Source: Rhizobium sp. Q54
GTDB lineage: Bacteria; Pseudomonadota; Alphaproteobacteria; UBA828
DNA length: 64,000 nt
Reading direction: 5' to 3'
NCBI GenBank assembly: GCA_945902735.1
Contig: CAMDNF010000002.1
Location: forward strand, 1,400-65,399
Numbering within the stretch: position 1 is the stretch's first letter; every line of letters starts with the position of its first letter. This document shows, piece by piece, positions 1-9,390 of this stretch. Below the pieces are notes generated by a model, which searched no databases, was not told the DNA's origin, and saw nothing but the letters and a program-made list of their open reading frames with translations. A program made the translations under genes and the position numbers.

Positions 1-177
1 CTCGGCCCGGTGTTGCTGCCGCCGATCCATGACTGGTTGGAAAGCTGGGAGGCGACTGGCGTGGTTTTCGGCGGCATCACGGCGCTCGGCATGGTTGGCG
101 CGGTGGCGCTCAAGCTCGTGACCAAACGAATCCGCGCCGCCGAATCCGCGCTGGCTCACACCATCAGTCGATAGCCG
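1..177 (+). CDS. 3' fragment of an upstream gene running off the window edge (hypothetical membrane protein C-terminus)
   Basis: Frame 1 is open from base 1 to TAG at 175-177 (…GVVFGGITALGMVGAVALKLVTKRIRAAESALAHTISR*). It overlaps the response-regulator gene on the opposite strand by ~20 nt. Too short to judge. Confidence 0.25.
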
Positions 178-845
178 CCACCATCGGTGATCAAGAGCTG
201 AGCGTTCGACGGATCGGTCTCGATCTTTTGGCGCAGGCGATAAATATGCGTTTCGAGCGTGTGCGTCGCGACTTGCGGGTTATAGCCCCACACCTCGTGG
301 AGTAGCACGTCGCGCGGCACGATTTGATCCTTGGCGCGATAAAGAAATTTTAGGATCGCGCTTTCTTTTTCAGTCAAGCGGACCTTGTCCTTGCCGTCGG
401 TGCTGACCAAAATTTTGGCGGCGGGGCGAAAGCTATAGCGACCGATCGTGAAGGTCGCGTCTTCGCTGCGCTCGAATTGGCGCAATTGGGCGCGAATGCG
501 GGCGAGCAAAACGCCGAGCTTAAACGGCTTCGGTACATAGTCATTGGCGCCTGAATCGAGACCGAGGATCGTGTCGGCCTCGCTGTCGGCCCCGGTCAAC
601 ATGAGCACCGGCACTTTGACGCCACTACGGCGAAGCAATTTGCAGAGCTCCCGCCCATCCATATCGGGCAGACCGACATCGAGGATGATCAGATCGAAAC
701 GTTGTTTCTTGACGGCGTCGAGCGCGGCGGCGCCGGTCACCGCCTCGACCACCACAAACTCCTCATGGAGCCGCAGCTGTTCAGCGAGCGCCTGACGCAG
801 CGCATCGTCATCATCCACTAGCAGGATGGTCTGGCCCGTGCTCAT
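156..845 (-). CDS. OmpR-family two-component response regulator (receiver + winged-helix DNA-binding domain; CenR-like)
   Basis: ORF 156..953; the plausible ATG is at 845 (MSTGQTILLVDDDDALRQ…). Receiver motifs LLVDDD / ILDVGLPDMDG / KPF, and a C-terminal winged helix (…LTEKESAILKFLYRA…HTLETHIYRLRQKIE…GGYRL). Confidence 0.85.
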   Translation of the reverse strand: MSTGQTILLVDDDDALRQALAEQLRLHEEFVVVEAVTGAAALDAVKKQRFDLIILDVGLPDMDGRELCKLLRRSGVKVPVLMLTGADSEADTILGLDSGANDYVPKPFKLGVLLARIRAQLRQFERSEDATFTIGRYSFRPAAKILVSTDGKDKVRLTEKESAILKFLYRAKDQIVPRDVLLHEVWGYNPQVATHTLETHIYRLRQKIETDPSNAQLLITDGGGYRLMV

Positions 846-934
846 ACTCGCTCGACTGTTCGTTGATCCTTGAATCGACGCGGAATAATGCGCCAAGCAC
901 AACCATCTGCAAAGCCGCCTGGCGGGCAACGCCC

Positions 935-1543
935 ATGACCAGATGGATAGCACCTACGACACTCGAGGGACGTTTTGTCACGCTTGAGGTGCTAAAGCTG
1001 GCCCATAGCGCCGAATTGCGCCCCTTGGTTGGCGATTCGCGCATTTTTGCCTATTTGTCGGTCGATCTTGGCGCGCCGGGCGCGCTCGACCGCTGGGTCG
1101 ATCAGGCGCTGGAGGCCATGGCGAGCGGCGATCAGCTTGTTTTCGTCAAACGACAGCACGCGACGGGGCAGTTGGTTGGCTCGACCCGCTATATGAACGT
1201 CGTGACGCAACATCGCCGCGTCGAAATCGGTTGGACCTGGCTTACCCCTTCGGCCTGGGGCGGCCCGATCAATACCGAGGCCAAGCTTCTCTTGCTATCC
1301 CATGCCTTTGAGGCTTTGGGGGCGCACCGGGTCGAATTCCGCACCGATTCGCGCAACTTACAAAGCCAAGCCGCGATCGCGGCGCTCGGCGCGACCAGAG
1401 AGGGCGTTTTTCGGCGCCATATGGTGGTGAAGGATGGTTATGTGCGGGATACCGTCCAATTCGCGATTGTCGACCAAGATTGGTCCAACATTCGGCCTCG
1501 CCTCGAGGCTCGTTTGGCCACCAAGGCACTCAAGCCGGCATGA
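935..1543 (+). CDS. GNAT-family N-acetyltransferase
   Basis: ORF 863..1543, internal ATG at 935. Acetyl-CoA-binding-like segment …RVEIGWTWLTPSAWGGPINTEAKLLLL…; diverges from the response-regulator gene. Confidence 0.6.
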   Translation: MTRWIAPTTLEGRFVTLEVLKLAHSAELRPLVGDSRIFAYLSVDLGAPGALDRWVDQALEAMASGDQLVFVKRQHATGQLVGSTRYMNVVTQHRRVEIGWTWLTPSAWGGPINTEAKLLLLSHAFEALGAHRVEFRTDSRNLQSQAAIAALGATREGVFRRHMVVKDGYVRDTVQFAIVDQDWSNIRPRLEARLATKALKPA

Positions 1544-1655
1544 ATCCACCGGCAGGATCTGCCGCAGGCACCGCGTTAACAATATAACGCATTGAAAATA
1601 TTGATAGATTTCTTGGCCTCGAACTTGCATTTAAGAGGGTCGAGGGACCTTCCGT

Positions 1656-2672
1656 ATGGCATTTGATCCAATTGAGCTGATGGGGCCGCGTGAGCGGCTC
1701 GCTTACAACATCAATATGCGACCCCGCGCGGCGGCCGACGGCGCCGCGGTGCCCCCGCCTTCGCATCACGCCAAGCCAAGTGGCGAGAATTATTTCGGCG
1801 AAGACGGTCTCCAGTTCAGCGATTTGGTCGATATTCTCAATCCACTGCAGCATTTGCCGCTGATCTCGATGGCCTATCGCTCGATCACGGGCGACGAGAT
1901 ATCGGCAGGGGCGCGCGTGGTTGGCGGCGCCATCTATGGTGGCGGCGTTGGCGTCTTTGTGGGGGCGATCGAAGCCGCTATTGCCGAAGCCTCGGGCGGC
2001 AAGGATCTTGGTGCCATCGCCTTGGATGCCGTAACCGGCTCCGATAAAACTGAAACCGCGAGTTCGGCCAGCGAACACAAGGAAGCGTCGATAACCGCGC
2101 TGAACGATATCATGCCCGCGGCCGGTGGTGGCGAGACGGCTCCCACGGCGCCTTCATGGATCTATAGAGATGCGCCCTTGGCGCCACTCGCGCCGGAGCC
2201 CGCGCCAACACCGGCATTGGCGAGCCCGGCAATTCAACAAAGTGCGGCGCCTTTGCTTCCGATAGGGCCGATGCCGATCCCGAGCACACCGGAATCCCAA
2301 TTGGATTCGATGCCGGAGCTCTCCCAGGATCAAATCTCGCTCTTGCTGCAATCGGTCGGCCTTGATCCCAAAACCGGCGCTTCAATGCCGAATTCAGCCA
2401 CCGCCCCCCGCTCCGACGGCCGCCATAGCGCCGCAAATACCGACGGCGCATTCGAACACACCGCCCGCCCGCGAGACTGTGCGTTTTGGGCTCGGCCCGA
2501 TGAAGCAAAACGACGTGCGTCCTCCCCCGGCGATCGATCGCGCCTATCCCACGCCGGTGGCACAGACGACACAAGCGCCCGAGACACCGGCGGTCATGAC
2601 CGCGACCACCGAGAACGATGGCGACCTCTCCGCCGCGATGGCGAGCGCCCTCGACAAATACAGACGTGGTAA
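1656..2672 (+). CDS. Pro/Ala-rich hypothetical protein; the 3' part is probably mis-framed and continues in frame +1 to 2727
   Basis: Long ORF whose N-terminus looks protein-like (hydrophobic GG-rich segment) and whose middle is Pro/Ala-rich and low-complexity. After ~2400 this frame looks nonsensical, whereas overlapping ORF 2362..2727 continues the Pro-rich character. Confidence 0.4.
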   Translation: MAFDPIELMGPRERLAYNINMRPRAAADGAAVPPPSHHAKPSGENYFGEDGLQFSDLVDILNPLQHLPLISMAYRSITGDEISAGARVVGGAIYGGGVGVFVGAIEAAIAEASGGKDLGAIALDAVTGSDKTETASSASEHKEASITALNDIMPAAGGGETAPTAPSWIYRDAPLAPLAPEPAPTPALASPAIQQSAAPLLPIGPMPIPSTPESQLDSMPELSQDQISLLLQSVGLDPKTGASMPNSATAPRSDGRHSAANTDGAFEHTARPRDCAFWARPDEAKRRASSPGDRSRLSHAGGTDDTSARDTGGHDRDHRERWRPLRRDGERPRQIQTW

Positions 2673-2713
2673 AGTGATGGAGCAGTCTGGCGAAGTGAAG
2701 GGTTCCCGCTTCA

Positions 2714-3265
2714 ATGGCGCTTACTGATCCGTCGACCAGCGCGACCACGCCCACCCCTATCGATCTCGTCGTCGTTCCGCCCGATATTCTGCACTGGCAG
2801 GACCGGTCGTTCGCTTGCGTGCTCGGCCGCTCGGGCATTCGCGCCGATAAGGTCGAGGGCGACGGCGCGACGCCAAGCGGTTCGTTCGCGTTACGCCGCG
2901 TGCTCTATCGGCCAGATCGGCTGCCGCCGCCGCGCACCGCGCTGCCGGTCGCCGCGCTCAACCCGCATGATGGCTGGTGCGATGACCCTGATGATTTGCT
3001 CTACAACCAACACATAAGGCTGCCATTTTCAGCGCGTCACGAAATTCTGTGGCGCGATGACGGGGTCTATGACGTGATCGTGATTCTCGGGCACAATGAC
3101 GCGCCTGTGGTGCCCCACAAGGGCAGCGCGATCTTCATGCACGTCGCAACCCCAGATCGTACGCCAACGGAAGGGTGCATCGCGCTGGCGCGCCAAGATC
3201 TACTGACGATTCTTGAGACGTGCGACCCGCGCGCACGTCTGATTATTCCGGCGCCACGCTCATAG
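2714..3265 (+). CDS. L,D-transpeptidase catalytic-domain (YkuD/ErfK-like) protein
   Basis: Catalytic-site pattern …GSAIFMHVATPDRTPTEGCIAL… (His … x-G-C) and the DGATPSGSF motif. Confidence 0.7.
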   Translation: MALTDPSTSATTPTPIDLVVVPPDILHWQDRSFACVLGRSGIRADKVEGDGATPSGSFALRRVLYRPDRLPPPRTALPVAALNPHDGWCDDPDDLLYNQHIRLPFSARHEILWRDDGVYDVIVILGHNDAPVVPHKGSAIFMHVATPDRTPTEGCIALARQDLLTILETCDPRARLIIPAPRS

Positions 3266-3958
3266 AGGATGTCGTGCACCGAAGATCGCGGTGCCTACCC
3301 TGACATGCGTCGCGCCGAAGCCGATCGCGATTTCAAAATCCGCCGTCATGCCCATGCTGAGAGAGGGCAAACCATGTCGACGCCCGAGCTCGCGCAGCAA
3401 GGCAAAATGCGGCGCGGGCTCGTCACCGACCGGCGGGATGCACATCAAGCCAATCACTGGTAGCGCCAGGCGTTTTCGACAATCCTCGATGAAGGCGGCG
3501 GCATCGCGCGGGCCGACGCCAGATTTTTGTGGCTCCTCGCCGATGTTGATCTGCACGAATAATTTGGGGCAGCGCTGGCTGCGATCGCGCTCGGCGGCGA
3601 TTGCTTCGGCAAGCTTCGGTCGGTCGAGCGCGTGGATGAACTCAGCGTTCGCAACGGCCTCCCGCACCTTGTTGGTTTGCAGCGGCCCGATCAGATGGAG
3701 CTCGAGATCGGCATGGCGTTCGCGAAGGGCCGGCCATTTCGCGAGCAATTCTTGCACGCGGTTTTCACCAAAAGCGCGCTGCCCGGCGTCGATGGCCGGC
3801 ACAATGCGTTCGACCGGAATCGTTTTCGAAACCGCGATCAAGGAGACGGAATTGGGCCGTCGACCGGTTTCAGCACAAGCCGCCGCAATGCGCGCGCGCA
3901 CCGCGGCCAAGGCCTCGGGCACCGGCGTCTCAATCAAGTTCATCGCGGCGTCGACCAT
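3260..3958 (-). CDS. yggS: YggS-family pyridoxal-phosphate homeostasis protein
   Basis: …SLIAVSKTIPVERI…FGENRVQEL…LIGPLQTNKV…LFVQINIGEE…LSMGMTADFEIAIGFGATHVRVGTAIFG. ATG at 3958 (MVDAAMNLIE). Confidence 0.85.
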   Translation of the reverse strand: MVDAAMNLIETPVPEALAAVRARIAAACAETGRRPNSVSLIAVSKTIPVERIVPAIDAGQRAFGENRVQELLAKWPALRERHADLELHLIGPLQTNKVREAVANAEFIHALDRPKLAEAIAAERDRSQRCPKLFVQINIGEEPQKSGVGPRDAAAFIEDCRKRLALPVIGLMCIPPVGDEPAPHFALLRELGRRHGLPSLSMGMTADFEIAIGFGATHVRVGTAIFGARHPL

Positions 3959-3960
3959 CG

Positions 3961-4599
3961 GTGTATCCTGATCTAATGAGGGGAACGACGCTAGCAAGCC
4001 TGGCCCAAGAGCTCAATTCACGCCACGTGGCACGCACCGAACGCGGGCGTGTTTTGCCGCCGCTTCTACTCATGACCGACGAGGCCCGCTTGCCAGACCC
4101 GTGCGCCGCCGCCGACCGCCTACCGGCGGGGGCCGGGATTATCTTACGCGCCTATGAGGGGCCCGCGCTCAGGCGCTTGGCCTACGCCCTTGCCGAGATC
4201 GCGCGGCAACGGAGGCTCGTGCTCTTGATTGCGCGCGATGCCGAATTGGCCGCGGAAGTGGGGGCCAATGGGGTGCATTTGCCGGAGGCCCTGGCTCACC
4301 TTGGGGCCGCTATGCGGCGCCGCGCCGATTGGTTGATCACCTGCGCCGCCCATTCGCTCCCCGCGCTGCATATGGCCGCCCGTGTCGGCGCCGATGCCGC
4401 GCTGCTCTCGCCGGTCTTCCCGACCGCGAGCCACCCCGATCGGCCAGCCTTGGGACCACATTATTTTGCCGCGCTCGTGGGACGCGCGGGCCTCCCGGTA
4501 TACGCCTTGGGCGGGATTAGCGAGACCAATGCGCCGCTGTTGCTGGCCAGTGGCGCGGTCGGCCTTGCGGGGATCAGCGGGTTTTCAGCGGGCGCTTAG
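3961..4599 (+). CDS. Thiamine-phosphate synthase (ThiE/TenI-family) protein
   Basis: TMP-TENI-like motifs …[10 protein letters not shown]…[12 protein letters not shown]…PVYALGGI…; the start is uncertain (GTG at 3961 or ATG at 3976). Confidence 0.6.
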   Translation: MYPDLMRGTTLASLAQELNSRHVARTERGRVLPPLLLMTDEARLPDPCAAADRLPAGAGIILRAYEGPALRRLAYALAEIARQRRLVLLIARDAELAAEVGANGVHLPEALAHLGAAMRRRADWLITCAAHSLPALHMAARVGADAALLSPVFPTASHPDRPALGPHYFAALVGRAGLPVYALGGISETNAPLLLASGAVGLAGISGFSAGA

Positions 4600-6483
4600 C
4601 CCGAAATGTTTTTCGACATGAGCAACCAACGCAGCCACGCTCGCCTCGATCGATTGCGTGGCGGTGTCGATCACGAGATCAGGTTTGTCGGGCGGCTCAT
4701 AGGGGGCCGAGATGCCGGTAAACTCGCGAATTTCACCGGTACGCGCGCGGCGGTAAAGCCCCTTCGGGTCGCGCGTTTCGCACACGTTGAGCGGCGCATT
4801 GATGTAGATTTCGTGATACGCGCTTTGGTCGATACGCTCGGCCGCCGCGCGGGCCCGTTCGCGATCGGCGCGATAGGGTGAGATGAAGGCGGAAATTACC
4901 AACATGCCGGCATCGGCAAACAGCGCGGCAACTTCGCCGACGCGTCGGATGTTTTCTGCCCGGTCCTCGGGCGCGAAACCGAGATTGGCATTGAGGCCTG
5001 CGCGAACATTATCGCCATCCAGCACATAAACTTGATAGCCGCGACGGAACAATTCAGCCTCGACCTCGATCGCGATGGTCGATTTGCCGGCGCCTGAAAG
5101 CCCGGTGAGCCAGATGACGCCACCTTTGTGCGTGTTGCGTCGCGCGCGCTCGGTTCGACCGATGCGATGGCCGACCGCTTGAATATTGCTCGAGCGATCG
5201 GTAATCAGCGCGCGTTGATCGGGATAACCCTCCATGTTGATCTGGCCGCCGCCGGCGATGTCATCACCATCAACGAGCACGAAGCGGCCGGTGCGGGGCA
5301 AAGCGAGGTAGGTGTCGAAGGCCAGCATGGCCGGGCTTCTGAGCACAACCTCGGCAATGCCATTGCGCTCGACAAAGCCCGGCGGTTCGCTTGGAACGCC
5401 ATTTGCTTCAAGCACATCAATGTCAATCACGCGTTCGATCGACTGCACTTCAACCGGCACTTCGCGCGTGGCGAGTCGAAGCTTGTAGCGTCTGCCTGCT
5501 TCAAGCGGCGAGCGGCCGAGCCAAAAAATTGTCGCGCGGAACACATTGCTTTCGATCGGCGGGTGCGCGGCATGACTGGCGAGCCCACCGCGCTCGATGA
5601 AGAGTTGCTCGTCGAGTTGAATGCCGATCGATTCACCGGCCTCCGCATGATCCCGCGCCGGCGCATGCCAACGTTCGATGCTTGTTACACGCGCGGTTTT
5701 GTTCGATGGCGAAAAAAGCAGCGTGTCACCTTTTGCCAGACGCCCGCTTTCAATGCGGCCGACGAGAATGCGCCGCTCGTCAAAATGATAGACATCTTGA
5801 ATTGGAAAGCGGAGCGGCGCATCGGGCTGCAATGCAATCGATGTTAGGGCATCGAGTGCTTGAATGAGCGTTGGGCCCTTGTACCAAGGCGTCGCGGCCG
5901 AGCGCGCGATGAGATTGTCGCCGCCGCGCGCCGAGGTCGGCACGATTTGGGCTACATGCAGACCAAGCAATTTCAAATAAGCCGCGATCTCGTCGCCAAC
6001 CGCGCGAAACCGCGCCTCATCGAAGTTGATGAGATCTATTTTGTTGATCGCGACAATGACCTGATTGACGCCGATCAGACTCAGCAGATAGCCGTGACGG
6101 CGCGATTGCTCGCGCACGCCCTCCTTGGCGTCGATGACCAAAAGCGCGGCATCGGCGCTCGAGGCGCCGCTGACCATGTTCTTGATGAATTCCCGATGAC
6201 CGGGCGCATCGACCACGACATAGCGTCGCGCGGGCGAGGCGAACCAGACATGCGCGGCATCGATCGTGATGGTTTGATCGCGTTCGGCTTGAAAGGCATC
6301 GAGCGCGAAGGCCCATTCGAACGGCATGCCGCGCTTCTCGCTCATGGCTCGAATGGCCTCGAGCTTGCCCTCGGGCAGGGCCCCGGTATCGGCAAGAAGG
6401 CGGCCGAGCAACGACGATTTGCCATGATCGACATGGCCGACGATGACGAGCCGGAAAGGAGGTTTTGTTGGCGATGCGCTCAT
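4585..6483 (-). CDS. cysNC: Bifunctional sulfate adenylyltransferase subunit 1 / adenylylsulfate (APS) kinase (CysN/CysC fusion, NodQ-like)
   Basis: N-terminal GTPase ([25 protein letters not shown]) and a C-terminal APS-kinase P-loop ([11 protein letters not shown]…YVLDGDNVR). ATG at 6483 overlaps the cysD stop. Confidence 0.9.
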   Translation of the reverse strand: MSASPTKPPFRLVIVGHVDHGKSSLLGRLLADTGALPEGKLEAIRAMSEKRGMPFEWAFALDAFQAERDQTITIDAAHVWFASPARRYVVVDAPGHREFIKNMVSGASSADAALLVIDAKEGVREQSRRHGYLLSLIGVNQVIVAINKIDLINFDEARFRAVGDEIAAYLKLLGLHVAQIVPTSARGGDNLIARSAATPWYKGPTLIQALDALTSIALQPDAPLRFPIQDVYHFDERRILVGRIESGRLAKGDTLLFSPSNKTARVTSIERWHAPARDHAEAGESIGIQLDEQLFIERGGLASHAAHPPIESNVFRATIFWLGRSPLEAGRRYKLRLATREVPVEVQSIERVIDIDVLEANGVPSEPPGFVERNGIAEVVLRSPAMLAFDTYLALPRTGRFVLVDGDDIAGGGQINMEGYPDQRALITDRSSNIQAVGHRIGRTERARRNTHKGGVIWLTGLSGAGKSTIAIEVEAELFRRGYQVYVLDGDNVRAGLNANLGFAPEDRAENIRRVGEVAALFADAGMLVISAFISPYRADRERARAAAERIDQSAYHEIYINAPLNVCETRDPKGLYRRARTGEIREFTGISAPYEPPDKPDLVIDTATQSIEASVAALVAHVEKHFGLSAR

Positions 6484-6490
6484 GGCGGAG

Positions 6491-7288
6491 TCACATATAA
6501 CCTTCGGCGCGCAGGCGCTCGAACGAATCTTCCGCCTCATGATCCATGGCGCGGCCAGCGCGTTCGGCGGTGCGGATGGTTTCTAGCTCGGTGATGATTT
6601 CATCGATCGACGCGGCGTTGCTGGCGATTGGATTGGTGATATCGGAGTCGCCAAGCGAGCGATAACGCTTGCCGCCGCGCGCGAGATAGAGCGGCACGAT
6701 GGGGATATTTTCACGCTTGGTGTAGCGCCAGATATCGAGCTCGGTCCAATGCAGCAAGGGGTGGATGCGGACATGGACGCCGGGCGGCATGTTGGCCTTG
6801 TAATAATCCCAGAATTCGGGCGGTTGATCGCGAAAATCCCATTGGCCTGATTCAGCGCGTGGGCTGAAGACGCGCTCCTTGGCGCGCGTCGATTCCTCAT
6901 CGCGCCGGATGCCGGCGAAGATGCCGGTGAATTTGTGTTCGCTGAGTACGGCCTTGAGACCATGGGTTTTGCGCGCGGCGGCGCGCGCGGCGGGCGGCAG
7001 GCTTTGGTCGACCGTTTCAATCGGCGGGCAGCCGCCAATGAGGAGCTTAAGACCCCATTCGCCGGCATAGCGGTCGCGGAAGTCATACATCTCGGGAAAT
7101 TTTTTGCCGGTGTCGACATGAATGACCGGAAACGGCACGGGGCCCAGGAACGCCTTGCGGCAGAGCCAGACCATGACGTTCGAATCCTTGCCGAGCGACC
7201 AGAGCAGGCCGGGCCGTTCAATCCGCGCATAGGCCTCGCGGATGATGAAGAGGCTTTGGCTTTCAAGTTGGTCAAGATGGTCGAGCAT
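6491..7288 (-). CDS. cysD: Sulfate adenylyltransferase subunit 2 (CysD/NodP)
   Basis: PAPS-reductase-fold motifs [11 protein letters not shown]…[21 protein letters not shown]…[15 protein letters not shown]…WTELDIWRY. Confidence 0.9.
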   Translation of the reverse strand: MLDHLDQLESQSLFIIREAYARIERPGLLWSLGKDSNVMVWLCRKAFLGPVPFPVIHVDTGKKFPEMYDFRDRYAGEWGLKLLIGGCPPIETVDQSLPPAARAAARKTHGLKAVLSEHKFTGIFAGIRRDEESTRAKERVFSPRAESGQWDFRDQPPEFWDYYKANMPPGVHVRIHPLLHWTELDIWRYTKRENIPIVPLYLARGGKRYRSLGDSDITNPIASNAASIDEIITELETIRTAERAGRAMDHEAEDSFERLRAEGYM

Positions 7289-7296
7289 GACGCTGA

Positions 7297-8133
7297 TTAT
7301 CGACCTTCAGGCAGATAGTTGAAGCGTTTCATTTGCTCGCGGTGGCGTTTTACCAGGCGGTCGATTTGCGCGGCGGATAATTTCTCTCGCCATTCGCCCG
7401 ACTTGCCGGACCGGAAGAAACGATCTTGCACCGGCGTGCGCTCGACAAAGCCGGTTTTTTCCTCCTGCCCGCGTAGGGCGTCGAACGAAGAGAAGCGGAT
7501 AGCTTTTTCGAGACGCGCTTGATCGGGCGGCACGCCGAGAAATTGCGCAATGGCACCGAAATACCGCGCGGGGTCGGCTTGGAGATCTTCATAGCGTACC
7601 ACGTAAAGGGCCGGGCTTGGCGTTTGTGTCCAGCTTTTCACATGGGTCGACCAATCGCTTTGGTGTTCGGGTACGTGGGTTGCGCTCGCCGGCGTTTCAA
7701 ACCCGACGCGGCCCATGAGTTCGATGATGTCGTCAAACGAAACACCGAGATGATGTGCATAAGACAACGCGACATCGAGCGGGTTGCGCACGACATAGAT
7801 CGCGCCGGCGGTGAGCTCGAGCGTAATCATGCTTACACCCGCGACCGCGATTAGCGCGTTGTGGGTTTTTACCATGACGGTGTTGGGCGAACTTTCAGCG
7901 ATCAGACGATGCACGTGCGGGCGGAGCCTGGTGAGATCGGCGAGTGAGAGTGCCGTTGGGGGCCGCGGGTCGAGACGGGCATACCAATGCGCTTGCGAAT
8001 CACCGACCGTGAGTGCCGACATGCGATTGATCTCAAACGGCGCATCGGGATTCGACAGCAGATTATGAAGAAACGCGCGGACCCAGGTGTTGCCCGATTT
8101 CGGATAGGACGCGAGCCAAAGAAGATTAGCCAC
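7297..8133 (-). CDS. PAPS-dependent sulfotransferase (Sulfotransfer_1, StaL/Teg-like)
   Basis: 5'-PSB motif LWLASYPKSGNTW and 3'-PB motif VVRNPLDVALS. ORF 7297..8226, but the GTG at 8133 is the likely start because upstream sequence overlaps the paralog ending at 8139. Confidence 0.8.
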   Translation of the reverse strand: MANLLWLASYPKSGNTWVRAFLHNLLSNPDAPFEINRMSALTVGDSQAHWYARLDPRPPTALSLADLTRLRPHVHRLIAESSPNTVMVKTHNALIAVAGVSMITLELTAGAIYVVRNPLDVALSYAHHLGVSFDDIIELMGRVGFETPASATHVPEHQSDWSTHVKSWTQTPSPALYVVRYEDLQADPARYFGAIAQFLGVPPDQARLEKAIRFSSFDALRGQEEKTGFVERTPVQDRFFRSGKSGEWREKLSAAQIDRLVKRHREQMKRFNYLPEGR

Positions 8134-8138
8134 GGGGT

Positions 8139-9005
8139 CTAAATTCGGTAGCCGAATCTGGCCATCTGCGCGCCATGGCGGCCGACAATCTGCGCGGCCT
8201 GAGCCGGGGTTAGTACATCGCGCCAACCGTCCGCTTTGCCTTGGCGAAAAACTCTCTTCTGCGCCACTGTGCGCTCACGAAAATCTTCCTCAGCCTCTTG
8301 ACGGCTTAGTTGATCGAACGACGAAAACTCGATCGCTTTCATGAGTCGTTCCCGCGGCGGATCGAGCCCAAGGAAACGGCATAGAGCCCCGAATGCCTCA
8401 ACAGGCTGGGCCATCAAATCTTCGTACCGGACGACATGGAGGCCTGGGTGACTCACCTTGGTCCAACTATCGACATGGAGCGACCAGCTGCCGCGATATT
8501 CGTAAATGAACTTCTCGGTGTTCTCGGTCTGAACGTTTTGACCCAGTCGCATAATCGCTTCATCGATCGACATGCCGCTATGATCGGCATAGGAAATGAC
8601 CACGTCGAGGGGATAGCGCACGACGTAAATTGCCACGCCGGTATGCTCCATCGTAATCAAAGGCGTGCCGCGGTCGACAATAAGGGCGTTGTGGGTCTTA
8701 ACGAAAACGGAATCAGGATAAGTTCGCGTCAGCCTTTCATGAATTAAGGGGCGCAATTTCGCGATTTCATCCTTTGAAAGACTGTCTGCGCGTCGAACCG
8801 ACAATTTTTGATCGGATTCGTCAGCTTCCGCGCGGCTATCCAACACAGCCTGACACCAATCCGCATTCGAATCTTGGTGACAGAAGCGCACAAGGTTATT
8901 CAGCGGCACTGGCCGCTCTGGGTTCATGAAAAGATTGTGCAAGAACGCACGGAGCCACGTATTGCCGGATTTCGGATAGCTCGCGAGCCAAAGAATTTTT
9001 CCCAT
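8139..9005 (-). CDS. PAPS-dependent sulfotransferase (Sulfotransfer_1, StaL/Teg-like), tandem paralog
   Basis: Begins MGKILWLASYPKSGNTWLRAFLHNL; 3'-PB-like VVRYPLDVVIS. Same strand as, and directly upstream of, the first sulfotransferase, cysD and cysNC. Confidence 0.8.
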   Translation of the reverse strand: MGKILWLASYPKSGNTWLRAFLHNLFMNPERPVPLNNLVRFCHQDSNADWCQAVLDSRAEADESDQKLSVRRADSLSKDEIAKLRPLIHERLTRTYPDSVFVKTHNALIVDRGTPLITMEHTGVAIYVVRYPLDVVISYADHSGMSIDEAIMRLGQNVQTENTEKFIYEYRGSWSLHVDSWTKVSHPGLHVVRYEDLMAQPVEAFGALCRFLGLDPPRERLMKAIEFSSFDQLSRQEAEEDFRERTVAQKRVFRQGKADGWRDVLTPAQAAQIVGRHGAQMARFGYRI

Positions 9006-9121
9006 GACGTGTACGTTAGCAAATGACCCTTCTTAGGAGGAAAGATTCAGACAGGGAAAACCAAGGCGGTAAAAGGCAATAGAGCGCTTTCAAAGTTGGT
9101 TGAATCAGTCCAACTAACGTC

Positions 9122-9272
9122 GTCATTCCGGCCGCTAGGCGAGCCCGAAAGCCAACGGCTTTCGGACGCGAGCCCCCGATCCAGTCGGGGGCAGGCTCTT
9201 GAGAGCCGGAATCCATGATTGAGCGGCATGAGATCACGTCACGATGGATACCCGCTTTCGCGGGCATGACGA
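9122..9272. repeat. REP/RIME-like mosaic palindromic element (GTCAT…CCGG-palindromes…ATCCATG type)
   Basis: Nested inverted repeats: cattccggc(9124)…gccggaatc(9215) enclose hairpins ccgaaagcc-aac-ggctttcgg and cccccga…tcggggg. A second unit gtcacgatggatacccgctttcgcgggcatgacg follows. Spurious ORFs (MPAKAGIH…, MDTRFRGHDE…) read through it. Confidence 0.5.
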
Positions 9273-9332
9273 AAAATGGGAAGTGCGTACAACCAAACTG
9301 AAAACGGCCTCGTCGAGCGAACGTGCTCTACG

Positions 9333-9368
9333 ACAAAAAAAGACGGGAGCGGCATTGCCGCTCCCGTC
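9333..9368 (-). terminator. Rho-independent terminator downstream of the porin gene
   Basis: Perfect 12-bp GC-rich stem gacgggagcggc-att-gccgctcccgtc (9342-9368), followed on the minus strand by a T7 run (A-run 9335-9341 on the plus strand). It lies 23 nt past the porin stop. Confidence 0.65.
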
Positions 9369-9390
9369 CTCAAGAAACAAGACCTTGCGA

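Noticed and set aside
6583-7275. 230-aa minus-strand ORF in an alternative frame inside cysD
   Set aside because: Low-complexity Ala/Arg/Ser/Pro-rich translation. The overlapping frame gives a full-length CysD with all conserved motifs.
8133-8226. Longer start for the first sulfotransferase (ATG at 8226, MARCTNPGSGRADC…)
   Set aside because: The extension overlaps the 3' end of the upstream paralog and has no counterpart in the paralog's N-terminus (which begins directly at …ILWLASYPKSGNTW). The GTG at 8133 gives the homologous start.
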